DNA of 64,000 nt from Carcharhinus amblyrhynchos (GCA_965287045.1 OZ336895.1:22692001-22756000); one strand, 5' to 3'. Positions 40,191-51,605 are shown, counted from the stretch's first letter. Program-made: numbers and translations. Notes: a model not told the origin generated them from the letters alone.

Positions 40191-40934
40191 AATATAGTTT
40201 AATCTAGTTTAATAACAGCCAGCACAATTGGGCAGTGTTTTAGATCTTGATTGTTTATTTTTCTGTTTTAAATTAAAAATGTTCCTCAATGTATGTAAGT
40301 GTGGTAAACTGGTGCAGTTTTCATACTATGGCTCAAGATGGGTTCAATCACAAAAATGAAACATTTTTAATAAGAGTGTCTACTCCATTATCTGTGATGA
40401 ATGCAACTTTGTTTAACTGCAAACAACTTTAAAAACTAAGAAGAATTATTTACTTGTCGCATTAGTGTACAATAGTCAATTTCATTGTAAATTAAATACT
40501 TTCTAATATTTAAAATCTTTTAGGATAGCTATTAGCACCCTTGCATCAAAACAAAGCTCTATTTTTCTCTTTGAATAGTGATCCTTGCATTGACTGGACG
40601 TAACTTGTGCTTGAGGTTCTGTGCGTGTTTGTGCTGGTTTCACCAGGACTGCGCAAACATCAGCAAAACCGAATACAAACTTTGACACATCCAGACTCAA
40701 AACATCGGATCTATTCTCTCTCTACAAAAGCTGTCAGACCTGCTGAGATTTTCCAGCATTTTTTGCTTTTGTTTCAAATTCCAGCATCTGCTGTAATTTG
40801 CTTTCATTTTACAAACTCTTTACTTTTATTGGATGAACTTGAATTGCATATTTACTTAAGAGACCAATCCTTTTACCACTAAGGAAGCAAAAGTCACAAA
40901 CATCTAATTCCTGGTGCTTTGCCTTTTTAAAAAT

Positions 40935-41074
40935 TTTTATTCCAAAAAAACAAATTGAATCCAATTCATGGTCCCTTCATGAAGTACAGACAAGATCCAA
41001 ACTGACAGGATGAGGATTGCACCCCATCATGGGTTTGATCTGATGCTTCATCTTAGCCAAAAGTGCGAGATGGC
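40935..41074 (-). mobile_element. U2-headed element (copy A)
   Basis: Reverse complement tctcgcacttttggctaagatgaagcatcagatcaaacccatgatggggtgcaatcctcatcctgtcagtttggatcttg...ggaccatgaattggattcaat is collinear with copy C. Confidence 0.75.
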
Positions 41075-41159
41075 TTTGAAAATTACATTCGGTAGAGCCT
41101 CTGCACTTGATTGAAGTCATGAGGTTACACTGAGGCTTCATTCGAAGAATTTTTAAAAT

Positions 41160-41340
41160 CTAGGCTTTTTGGCTAAGATGCAAATGATATCAAGCTTTGG
41201 AGAAGGTGCAATGCCTGCTCCAATCAGCTTGGGTCATGCAGATCAAGCCCAAGACAGGAAGTGGGATGCATGTCTTGTCAGCTTGCTGAGATTTTGAATT
41301 GGACTTTAATTGGATTGAATTGGATATAAACAAAAAAAAA
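41160..41340 (+). mobile_element. U2-headed element (copy B) with duplicated internal unit and poly(A)
   Basis: ggctttttggctaagat head, two tandem units (atcaagc...ggtgcaatgc...tcagcttg), aattggattgaatt, then aaacaaaaaaaaa. Confidence 0.65.
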
Positions 41341-43206
41341 GTAGGGCCTTTGTTTAACCTCGTTGGCTACCTTGATCCTTTACTATAACCTAACCTGGGC
41401 AAAACCACCATCGCAGGTGTCAACACATCCCAAGTGCAATGAGCTACCCTCATCACCTGCCTCATCATGGTTTAATGGTTTCACCCCTGCCAGTTAAGTT
41501 TCTGACATTGAAATTGCCTTAACTATTTGCCAATTTTCTTGTATCACTGATATATACTTTGCACATGTTGAACTTCTGCCAGATACAAATGGGAGAGGAA
41601 TCTGTAAATTAGCAGCACAAGGTTCAAGGGCTTGAACTGAATTCTTGTCATTGATCATACCATTCCCCTACCCTCCAATAATGTACTTTATCCATAAAAA
41701 CTTCGTAAAATTATATTTCACTATAGTTCAAATTGGACAGCATCAAAAGTGCAATTGAGTTCAAATTCTTTCCATACAACAGTGGAAAATTAATGGAGGC
41801 AGTGGGGATCTGGAAAGCCAGGAAGTGCTCGGCATTGCTTTTCTTTAGGGGAACATTCATCCATTAAGTGCCAATCAACACTTATCTGGGCATTGGTGGG
41901 CTTTCTCCAGGATCAAAGACCCTGAGGATGGAAGTCCCACTTGCTGAGAGTTGCCATGCAATCAGAGGCCGACAGCTCCGCATTGTACTGTATTCTGGGA
42001 GGGGGTGTCTGCTGCCAGTTAAACATGTCTTATCTTTGAATAAAAAACCCACATTATTGTTTTACGAATCTTTGTTCTATGACTGGCATGTTTACGTCAA
42101 ATAGAGGCATATAACATGGAGTGCTTCAATACAATTTCAGTCACGTGATATTTACAATACAAGTTCAATGACAAAGAGATTGTCCTAACGGTTTTGCAGT
42201 TTCCAGCCCCTCAGCATACTATGGCAGATGAAATCTAGACAGTAATCTTTCCATTGACCCTTTGCAATGGTTGCTCCAAGTGGTGAGGGACAAGATTGAG
42301 CAGGCAGGGCCCTCATGAATAACCCAGCTAGGGAGCCCAATACAAAATCAGCTCCAAAGTGCACGTAAATTATGGTATTCAGAATCACGAAACACTACAA
42401 ATTATAGCATCAGACTTTTGTGGTATGCCCTATACTTTAGCATTCAGGCCTCAGAGCTTCCTGGAATCACAGAAGCAATTCCTTGACATTAACTTAATTA
42501 GTCTGAGTATGTTATTCTGCTGCCCTTGCAGTCTGCATCATATATTGTCATCCAGCTGGGAGTCAGCACAACTTGAAGAGGAGAAAATCATGTGCAACAT
42601 TTCTTTCAAATTAAATGAAAGATTTTACTTAATTTGGTCTCCAAGCAAGAACTGCATTCTACGTCTAACAATGTGCCTCATACAACTCAAATTTGAGGAG
42701 GTGACAGGTTGTCAGTTTTTCTTGAACCAAACATAGATGCTCTTTTGCATTCAGCTTTCTGTCTAGCGGCCTCTCTAAGTATTTAAAAAATTCCATTTCT
42801 GTACGCTGATGTTTTAATGACAGATTACTCATGTGACTCGCTCTAAACTCCAAATGACCGCCAACTGCAGAATCATTATTTAAGAACTGAACTGATATGT
42901 AGTGCAACTAAATGAAAATCAAATCCTGAGAAATGAAGACAAATGTGAAGTTGACTCAAATCACTTTTCTGAACTTGGTCAGATAGTAAATCAAACGCAC
43001 ATGAGCATAACTGATCCAATGTCTTAACCATTTGGATTCCATTGTGACTCCTGAAAATGATCACTGACCTGTCTTTTCTAAGGCTGAAGAGTTAAAGCTA
43101 AAGGTTTATTTTTTAGGCACAAGCTTACATTAACACTGCAATGAAGTTACTGTGAAATTCCCCTAATCACCACACTACGGTGCCCTTTTGGGTCAATGCA
43201 CCTAAC

Positions 43207-43684
43207 CTCTGATTTGACGTGCTTTGTTATGGCTAGCGGGGTTTCCCAAGCCTTGTGAAATATCCAAATTAAACCAAAATTGTCAATGACTTAGCTCTGA
43301 TATCCCTTTCGTTCCTCACGATTTCCCTTTATAAACACTGGGCATCAAGCCTTGTTGCATTTTCTGTGAAACTGGAGGAACTTCTAGAGCTGAAACTTAA
43401 GACACAGAAATGTGTGTGTTGGCCAGAGGGGTATGGTTGGGGGGTAGGAGGGATCTGGTGTGATGTTAAAACTTTAAAAATCTCAAACCTGACACTACCT
43501 AACCCACTTCTGCATTTGATGGAAACAGGGCAAGGGGTAGGCTCACCTAGAGGACAGAATGGCCAATTAAATATTTCAATGAGTCTGACTCTGCCTCTGA
43601 TTCGCCCTGCTTTGATACAGCCAGCTGGGTTTCCCAGGCCTTGTGAAATATCCAAATTTGACCAAACTTGTAAATGACTAGCTG
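43207..43684 (+). repeat. ~90-bp direct repeat (43207-43297 and 43595-43684)
   Basis: gggtttccca(a/g)gccttgtgaaatatccaaatt..accaaa.ttgt.aatgact occurs twice. Confidence 0.85.
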
Positions 43685-44309
43685 CAGGCTGCAAAACTGG
43701 AAAGCCGAAGGATTCCATGGAAACAGAAAAGAACAGGAGCTACTGTTATAGATCGCAACGCCAAGTACAATAACGAAGACATGTCTCTTCCACTGCTTTC
43801 TAGCAGTGTCAGCAGCAATAATTTATGAACAAATCTACTTCATTCCAGATTTGTTGACATACCTTTTCTCATGGTCTGGATAACAGCTATCAAGTATGCA
43901 GAGCATTTTCTTTTTCATATCCCTGTCATGTCGTAATGTTCTAAGCATTGTAAGTGAGCTAAATCAAAGGCATGGGGCTAGCAAAGCACAAATCAAATCT
44001 GATTACAGGTCAATACAAATAAGTTGAAAATAATTTTTGGAAATTAACTTTTTCTTACTTTATCGTATGCCAAGTGGTACTGAAGTAGTCTGGTTACACT
44101 GCAACTGGAGCACCACATCACTGTAATTGCAAGGAGTTGGATCTTGACAGAGGCAAGCTGTGCTGGTGAAGGAGCAGGAGGAAGTTCTGTTGGGAAACCT
44201 GAAAATTCAGGTTTCCCCATGTCCCATGGACTTTTGCCTGGTCAGATCCCTTGCCTGGGATGCCAGCCTGATTGACAGGCTTAGCTTCCAGCAAGTGGGT
44301 GTAGTCTAA

Positions 44310-44765
44310 TGGATCAGTCACAAGGGAACATTGGTTCAAGGTGAGGGACTTAGGGGAGATACAAGGGAAAACTTTTTTTACCCAGAGGGTGATGGCAGTC
44401 TGGAATGCAGTGCCTGCAAGGGTGGTGGGGGAGGATTGTCTCAGATCCTTTAAGAAGTAACTGGATAGACCCTTACAATCACATTTTGATTTAATGTTTT
44501 AAGTTTATCTTTGGACTTTGGTTTCTGTTCGGGCTGTCCCCCCCTTCCTTTTTGGGGGGCTGCACCTCTTAATTTGTCCCTAAGTTAATTTGAGTTCGTT
44601 TACTTGTTGGGTCGTCAAAAAAACTACCTGGACGAGCACTTGGCACGTCATAACATTCCATAGGCCAATTGCTGGTAGATAGGATTAGGTGGGAGTTCAT
44701 GTGTTTCTCATATATCAGTGCAGACTTAATGGGCTGAAGGGCCTCTTCTGCACTGTATGATTCTA
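44310..44765 (+). mobile_element. CR1 3' fragment interrupted (~44467-44622) by a poly(A)-ended insert resembling an L1/Tx1-type 3' UTR
   Basis: acaagggaacattggttcaaggtg...ttttacccagagggtg; insert ends gggtcgtcaaaaaaa and is flanked by ta(a/c)ctgga. Confidence 0.65.
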
Positions 44766-45072
44766 ATGATATGCTAATGATTTTTTAAATTTGATTTATT
44801 ATTGTCTCCTGTATTAATATACAGTGAAAAGTATTGTTTCTTCCATGCTATACTGACAAAACATACTGTTCATACAGAAAGAAAGGAGAGAGTGCAGAAT
44901 GCAGCGTTACAGTTATAGCTAGGATATACGGACAGTCAACATAGTGCGAGGCAGATTTATTTAAAAGTCTGATGAAAGCAGGGAAGAAGCTTTTTTTAAT
45001 GAGTACATAGACTACGATGCATCAGTGATAGCAGTCATGTGCTGTAAGCTGACCAAGCAGCACTCAAGGAGA

Positions 45073-45300
45073 ACATTCTCCCCGTGTCTGCATGGGTTTC
45101 CTCTGGGTGCTCTGGTTTCCTCCGGGTGCTCTGGTTTCCTCCCACAGTGTGAAAGACATGCTGGTTAGGTGCATTAGATATGCTAAACTTTCCCTCAGTG
45201 TACCTGAACAGGTGCCAGAGTGTGGTGACTAGGGGGTTTTCACAGTAACTTTATTGCATTGTTAATGTGAGCCCACTTGTGACACTAATACATACTTAAA
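45073..45300 (+). mobile_element. 5'-truncated V-SINE, alternative tail
   Basis: V-domain with duplicated gggtgctctggtttcctcc; tail cacagtaactttattgcattgttaatgtgagcc. Confidence 0.85.
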
Positions 45301-45545
45301 CCCATTTCCATACTCACCTGGCTACAACTACCACGCACCCCCCCGCCACACACACCCCCAACTCCATTCTGGTCTGGCTCTCCCTTCCTCATCTCCATGC
45401 TGGCCTGGCTCTCTCCTTCCCAATCGTCACGTTGGCCTAGCCCCCCATCCCCAGCCTGGCCTGCTTCCCCCTCCCTAATTTTCACGTTGGCCTGCCTCCT
45501 TGCCACTCCCATCTCTGTGTGTTGGCCTGACAACCCCCCCTCCTC
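45300..45545. repeat. C-rich degenerate minisatellite (tggcct-anchored units of ~25-35 bp)
   Basis: ctggtctggctctccc, ctggcctggctctctcc, gttggcctagccccc, ctggcctgcttcccc, gttggcctgcctcc, gttggcctgacaacccc. Confidence 0.6.
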
Positions 45546-46551
45546 AGATCCACATGACGCTGGTTCACTTACCGACCACAAGCTTACTCAATAAGCCACT
45601 CTGTATATATTGTCCAGAGTTTAAATAAACCAGTTTGGAGTAATTACAAGTGTCTGGTTGCAGTCTCCCTACGTAAGATACATGACCTAACATGCCAATG
45701 AAAAAGTGGGCAGCATGCCTGCAGCAGAGCATGATCACTTTTTACACATGGTTACGCGTTTACTTTTCTCCAAGTGGGAAATGGATTATTCCCTATGTTT
45801 ATTTTTGACATAAGCCAAAAATAACAAAATGGATGTCGGAGTACTGGATGCTTCTTCCAGTGCTGTCACCACAATAAAACAGAATTCCAGCAAAGAGAGA
45901 CAATAAATATTTCTTGCTTTTCTGTGGATTGAATGGTTATAGTCCATTGTCTTCGGGTTTCCCCAAAGCGTCTAACATGTTTCATATCAGATGCCATTTT
46001 GAAAGACTGAATTAGAATCGTACGATACAGGATGAAGATATTCTGCACATCCTAGTTGTCCAATTAGTTCCTGTTCTTTCCCCATAGTCCTGCAATCCTT
46101 TTCTTCAAATGTGCATTTGATTCTCTTTGGTAATTTACTACTGAAAATGTTTCAATCACCCTTTAGGGCATTGATTCTTGATCATAACTGCTGTCCATTC
46201 ATGTTTGCTCCTAGCTGGAACAAGGTCACGTTAAGAGTCTGGTCATGTGATGTATTGATTGCATCACTGGCTGTTTGCATGAGCAAATGGGCACTCTATT
46301 CTAATAGTCTGTAGAGTAAACACCTTTCTAATAAAGCTCTTGTTTGTACGCTGGTAGTCTGCAATCCAGTCCTATAAAGGTACCACAATAACAACCTGCT
46401 GTGCTAAAAACGACTCATCTCTTTTTTTTGCTAAACACCTTCAACCTGCATGCTCTGGTTATTGATCTTATTGCTAATAAAATCATTTTCTTTTATTTAT
46501 GAAAACCAATCACAATTCAAACCTTTCCAAAAATTTCCCCTTAACATTCTA

Positions 46552-46748
46552 TACATGATGTGTAATTGCCAGCATTGGATTGGGGTAGGCACAGTAAGTA
46601 GTCTCACAACACCAGGATTAAAGTCCATCAGGTTTATTTGATAGCACGAGCTTTTGGAGTACTGCTCCTTCATCAGGTGACTCAATGTGTAGCTCGTGCT
46701 ACCAAATAAACCTGTTAGACTTTAACCTAGTGTTGTGAGACTACTTAC
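46552..46748 (-). mobile_element. Palindromic Penelope-type element with hammerhead motif (GAAA changed to AAAA) at 46645-46679
   Basis: Same arms as the 30583 element; reverse complement cacctgatgaaggagcagtactccaaaagctcgtg; TSD cattcta at 46545-46551 and 46749-46755. Confidence 0.8.
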
Positions 46749-46771
46749 CATTCTAGGCACCAAAGAGAAGA

Positions 46772-47005
46772 ATCGCTTCTCAGCCTTTTAGCTAAGATCA
46801 AGCGTCAGATCAAACCTAAGATGGGGTGCAATGTCTTATTTTGTCAGCTCAGATCTTGTTTGTCTCTCTCTCTCTCGGACCACAAATTGGATTCAATCGT
46901 ATCTTAAATATGGTTTTTGGAGCAAGCAAGGAATGTATTTGTGTTTGCCTGGTCCATTCTGAACATTCGCTTTGTAGCTTTCAGGATGGAGTGAAAAATA
47001 AAAAA
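46772..47005 (+). mobile_element. U2 snRNA-derived retro-element (copy C): U2 5' end + foreign segment + U2-like 3' half + A-rich tail
   Basis: ATCGCTTCTCAGCCTTTTAGCTAAGATCAAGCGT matches U2 nt 1-34 with 3 differences. Further on, ggtttttggagcaagcaaggaatg...ttgcctggtccattctgaacattcg...ttcaggatggagtg follows the U2 Sm site and 3' stem-loops; ends aaaaataaaaaa. Confidence 0.8.
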
Positions 47006-47024
47006 TCAATCCCAGTTTCTCGTC

Positions 47025-47212
47025 TACAAAAACAAAAAATGCCGGAAAAACACAGCAGGTCTGACTGCATCTGTGGAGAGAGAATAAAGTCAATGTTTGG
47101 AGTCAGGATGACCCTTCATCTGAGCATTGTCAGAGCTCGTCAGTCCTGCTGAGTTTTTCCAGCATTTTCTGGTTTTGTTTCAGATTCTAGCATCCGCAGC
47201 ATTTTGCTTTCA
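47025..47212. mobile_element. Second Penelope-type inverted family with a decayed hammerhead (related pieces at ~23590-23730, 26845-26930, 40685-40810)
   Basis: Inverted arms aaaatgccggaaaaacacagcagg / cctgctgagtttttccagcatttt; reverse complement cagatgaagggtcatcctgactccaaacattg is a degraded CTGATGA...GAAAC motif. Confidence 0.65.
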
Positions 47213-47282
47213 TCCCAGTTTCTCAAGCTGTTCTGTGTCTCTGCAGGCATGTGCCTTTGTTTACATCTCACTGTTGTGCAAT

Positions 47283-47392
47283 GGACGTGGGGGGAGGGGG
47301 GGGAGGCGGAGTTGCTAAAGAAGCCAGTAGTTTGCAGGCAATGGAATTCTACCACACAAAACAGCCAATCAGCCTAGCAACTAGCTGTCACT
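47283..47392. promoter_or_regulatory. Candidate intronic regulatory module (GC boxes, RFX half-sites, CCAAT box)
   Basis: ggggagggg / ggaggcggag, gttgctaaag, agccaatcag, cctagcaac and ctgtca within 110 bp. Confidence 0.35.
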
Positions 47393-47980
47393 TTCCCTTT
47401 CTGCTTCCAGTGAAATGCCTTTGAATGTAACCAGCTAACCACTTGTTAATGAAAGGCTAATTGGGTCTGTCTAGACAGGAAAACAAAACCCCACAATAAT
47501 CCCGACCACCTGCTGGCCCAATCATTTCAGGGCTAAAGTTACAACCTACTCCCGGCCTTGAGGTCAAAGGGATTTACTACAGTATATAAAATCTTGGTAC
47601 TTGTTGCTATATGTCCACACTGCCTTCTGCCCTTTAGTGAATTAATATTAAAGAAAGGTTATTTCAAAATGGTTTTATTCACTGCCTTTGAAATATTATT
47701 TACAACCTGCTAACTATCAGAGGCAGACAACAAGCGAAACAAAGCATGTACCATTTCACACCAATACGAGTTTCCTACTACTTGACTCCCATGCTTCCCT
47801 AACAGATCTTTTTAGTTAGAATAATTTTATTGGAGACCAGCTCTCCCAGCCATGAATTTTGAAAAGAAACAATAGTTAACAGCAACTGAATTTTAGCACC
47901 CTACTTCAATCATATAAAATGCATTGAAATGACAGAAGTTATGGTTGCTCCACAAGCATTTTTCTGATTTCTTCCCAAGG

Positions 47981-48182
47981 CTGTGTGGGTTTCCTCCAAG
48001 TGCTCTGGTTTCCTCCCACAGTCCAAATATATGTGGGTTAGGTTGATATCCATGCACATTTGTCCCTTAGTGTCAGGGACATTAGCAGGGTAAATACATG
48101 GGGTTACAGGGATAGACCCTGGATGGGATTGTTGTTGGTGCAGGCTCAATAGGCTAAATGGTCTCTTTTTTCATTGTAGATC
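47981..48182 (+). mobile_element. 5'-truncated HE1-type SINE
   Basis: gtgggtttcctccaagtgctctggtttcctcccacagtcc...gggattgttgttggtgcagg. Confidence 0.85.
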
Positions 48183-51100
48183 TGATCTTCTTCCATCAGT
48201 TGCATTCCCTGTGCAAACAAACCAACGTCCCTTATCCCAACTCCATCAAAAGTCCTAGGAGGTCTGGATCAATAGTTCAGCTACCAGGACAAGATTTTTT
48301 TCCTGCAGATTTGATGTTTATGCAGTTCTGTGTAAAAGTGGAGTCCAGTACATCACATGAGATCACTGTAAATCAGGGCAGCCTTACCCCAACATCACTC
48401 TCCCAAAAAGCTATGCACAGTGTAAGCGTGAAAATGAAAGCAGCATTATAAAGAAAGGACAATTTGAATTTATGTAGTGCTTTTCAACCTCAGGATATCC
48501 CAAATCTTTCAAAACCAAATACACTTTTTTAAGCATGGTCACTGTTATGGAAGAAATGTGGCAGCTAACTTGGGCACAAGCAAACTCCTACAAACATCAC
48601 TGAAATAAATGATTAGATCATCTGTTTGGTGATGTTGTTCGGAGGATAAATGTTGGCTAGGATAGCGAAAAAACTCATTTGCTCTTCTTTAAAATAGTAC
48701 CGTGGTATCTTTTACACCCAAGAGGACAGATTAAGCCTCGGTATAATGTTTTATCTGAAAGACAGAGGTAGCAAATATTGGCCAATGCACTGAGAACAAC
48801 TCCCCTGCTCTTCAATACTGTCATGGTGTCTCTTACATCTACCTGAATGGGTAGATGGGCCTAGGTTTTATGCCTCCTCTAAAAGATGGCACATGCTCAG
48901 TGCTGAATTGGGAACGTCAACCGAGTTTATGTGCTCAAGTCTCTTCTTGAGATTCACTGCTGGAAACGTCTCAAGAGGTAGCATATTATTGGTATCGTAC
49001 TTCTTTTTTATTCATACCAACACTTCTGGTGGTCCAGTCCCTGCTGAATGGCACTTTTAACTTGAATAATATCAAGAGTGTTACAGGAGTAAATTTGACA
49101 TGGAATCTCAGAGTGAAATCCCATTGAATGGTTGATGTTTCCTTTATGGAAGTACCTTTACGCAATTCCTGCAATCGGTTAAGTCTTAGCTGCAAAGGCT
49201 ATTGTCTTTCATCTAGACATTAGCCAAAAATGTGATGTGAGGGGAGGGGGGCAGGGTGGGTGCAGTGCAGAGGCGGCAGACATGATAGGCACATCTGCAT
49301 CTCCTAAAACCATCCTCACCCAATACCACTGGAAGACATATCATTTTAAAAAGAGGACTACTTTGCAGTGCCTTAGTGTTCTAATTCAAATTTGAAGTTC
49401 GATTTAAAAAAAATCGTATTCCTTTTTATTCATATCATTAAAAAAAGGTAATTTGCAGTTGTTAATTTTAACTGAAGACTTTTGAAGATGAACACTTGGA
49501 ACACATGATGAACACATTTTACGCTCCCCGCAAGTCAGGTTTTGAGGCTGGTGGGAACTTAATATTGAATGGACTGAAGTCTCTGGGCCTGCCAGCCTCT
49601 CCCCCCACTGCTAGGAGTGTTTCACTCCAGTGGGGTTTACAACACTACCCACAGACAGGAAACTGGTGGCCCGACCCCGTTGGAATGAAGGGAGTGGCCC
49701 CTGGGCATTGCCAGCCTGGCTCCCTGGCACTGCCCAAAGTGCGAAGTAGCAATACCCAAGGGCATCCTGGCACTGCCCACTGGGCATCAGGCAATGCCAA
49801 GGGGGTCTATTGGGCGGGCAGGGCCTATGGGGGGGAGATCGGTGGAGGTGGGGGGGGGCCACTGCCTCTCTGCATTGGGATCGGTGTCAGGGGAAGGGAA
49901 GGGGCTGATTGGGGCTGCAGGGGATGTAGGGTCAGGGCTGGCCCGGAGATGTCCAGGAGGTCAGCGATCAGGGGGCTGGGGGATCAATGGGGTACTGATG
50001 CAGAGGTCACAGGGCTGGCCAGCAATTGGGAGGCCAGCAGCGCGGAGCTACTGTGCATGTGCCGATCTCAGCACTGACAGATCAGCATGAGCACAATAGC
50101 CCACTCAGCCCAATGCTGCCAGTCTCTCCAGCCGTGTCCACTGATTTTTATCGAGATTCACACTAGGGCACTCTGTGATGCATAGTGTGTGGGAGATCCA
50201 TTTTGAAAATCCTGCTTAAAAGAAAACAATTAGACTAATTCCAGTTTTTATGCAAATTTGGCACTTAGAATTTTTTTGGGAGAATCCCAGCCAATAACCT
50301 TTCTCCAACTTGGGTGGAAAGGTGGGGGAAATGCCTCAGTCTGAAGGCCTCTTCAGATTTGGGGCACCCTCCCTTTCAGGACTTTGGAGCTCCAGACCAC
50401 CCACCTTCCGATCTACTTCCTGAAGTCATGATTGCTTCACTTCCGACCCCCCCCCGGGCATCCCCTGTCCACCCACCCCTGGGATTTCCTTTTTTGAAGG
50501 TCCTGGGACTTTGTTTCAGGCAGTGGACCACAATATCTCTTCTGGCCATTGCAGCGCTGTGCTTGGCTGTGTTGGCCTGATATCAGGCAATTGACAGCTC
50601 AGGTGGAATTTCTTTCCAAGAGTGGATGTAAATCCTGTCCACTGCCAATTAAGGCTCAAGTAAGTATTAAATGGCAGTGGGATTCTGACAGTTGACACGT
50701 CAACTCTCAGGTGGCAAGCGTCAAGCATTCTTCATCTTCAAAATTCTATTCCTGGTTATTTGTCAAATTGAGTTGACTGAGAGCATACAAATATGGCCTG
50801 TTACTCATTCTACCAAGGTTGGCAGAGAGATTTGGCATTTGTCTTGTATTTCCCTACCCACTAGAATAATTTTCTTGGTGAAAAGTAGAACTAGGATGTT
50901 TATCACTGCGTGGGTCAAGAGAGGCAGAGTTATATGTAACCAGGGCATCAGAAACAAAAAGAAAAACCATTGACAAACTGGTTTATAAGAGCATGCCTGG
51001 AGCATGTCTTTAAGCCAGGCAGTGGATGACAGATGCACACATTAGTGTTAATCACTCAGTTTTGCTGTTTTGCAAAGTGACACTTCATAGAGAATTGAAT

Positions 51101-51462
51101 TACAGGAACATTTGATCCGAGTGAACCACAAACACTGCAATTCTTGAAAAAATGGCTCCTCTTTATTTGATGTGCACATGACAGCAAACAGCTTCCTCCA
51201 AATATCCAATTCTTTGAGTGTCTCATGTATCTGAGTCTCCCGTGAATGTTCCTTAATAGCTAGTTTTTTGAAGTTATTCAAGGGCGTGTCAAGCATAAAT
51301 TGTACCAATGGTCTTATCATTTATACATGTATACTTGACGAAGGAAACCTGAATGCATTTGTCTCCTCCAGGTTTACTATTCCAGTGCTTTCTCTGGACA
51401 GCCTCCTACCTTTCTCACTCCATAAAAGTTAGTCCCTTCAAAACTTTGCTGTCATATTCTAT

Positions 51463-51605
51463 GACATGCAGATGCTGGCGTTGGACTGAGGTAAATACAG
51501 TAAGAAATCCCGCAACACCAGGTTAAAGTCCAACAAGTTTATTTGGTAGCACACGCCACTAGCTTTTGGAGTGTTGCCCCATCATCAGGTGAATGAATCT
51601 TACTG
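51463..51605 (-). mobile_element. Penelope-type element, single arm, decayed hammerhead
   Basis: gatgctggcgttggactgaggtaaatacagtaagaaatcccgcaacaccaggttaaagtccaac; reverse complement cacctgatgatggggcaacactccaaaagctagtg; TSD tgtcat(a/g)ttctat. Confidence 0.75.

Noticed and set aside
46772-46995. Functional U2 snRNA gene
   Set aside because: Branch-point recognition sequence missing, 3' half heavily diverged, A-rich tail, and a transposon lies where the promoter should be.
49496-50090. 193-aa and overlapping GC-rich ORFs
   Set aside because: Low-complexity Gly-rich translation of a GC-rich TIR-type repeat ending gggagaatcccagcc (~50290).
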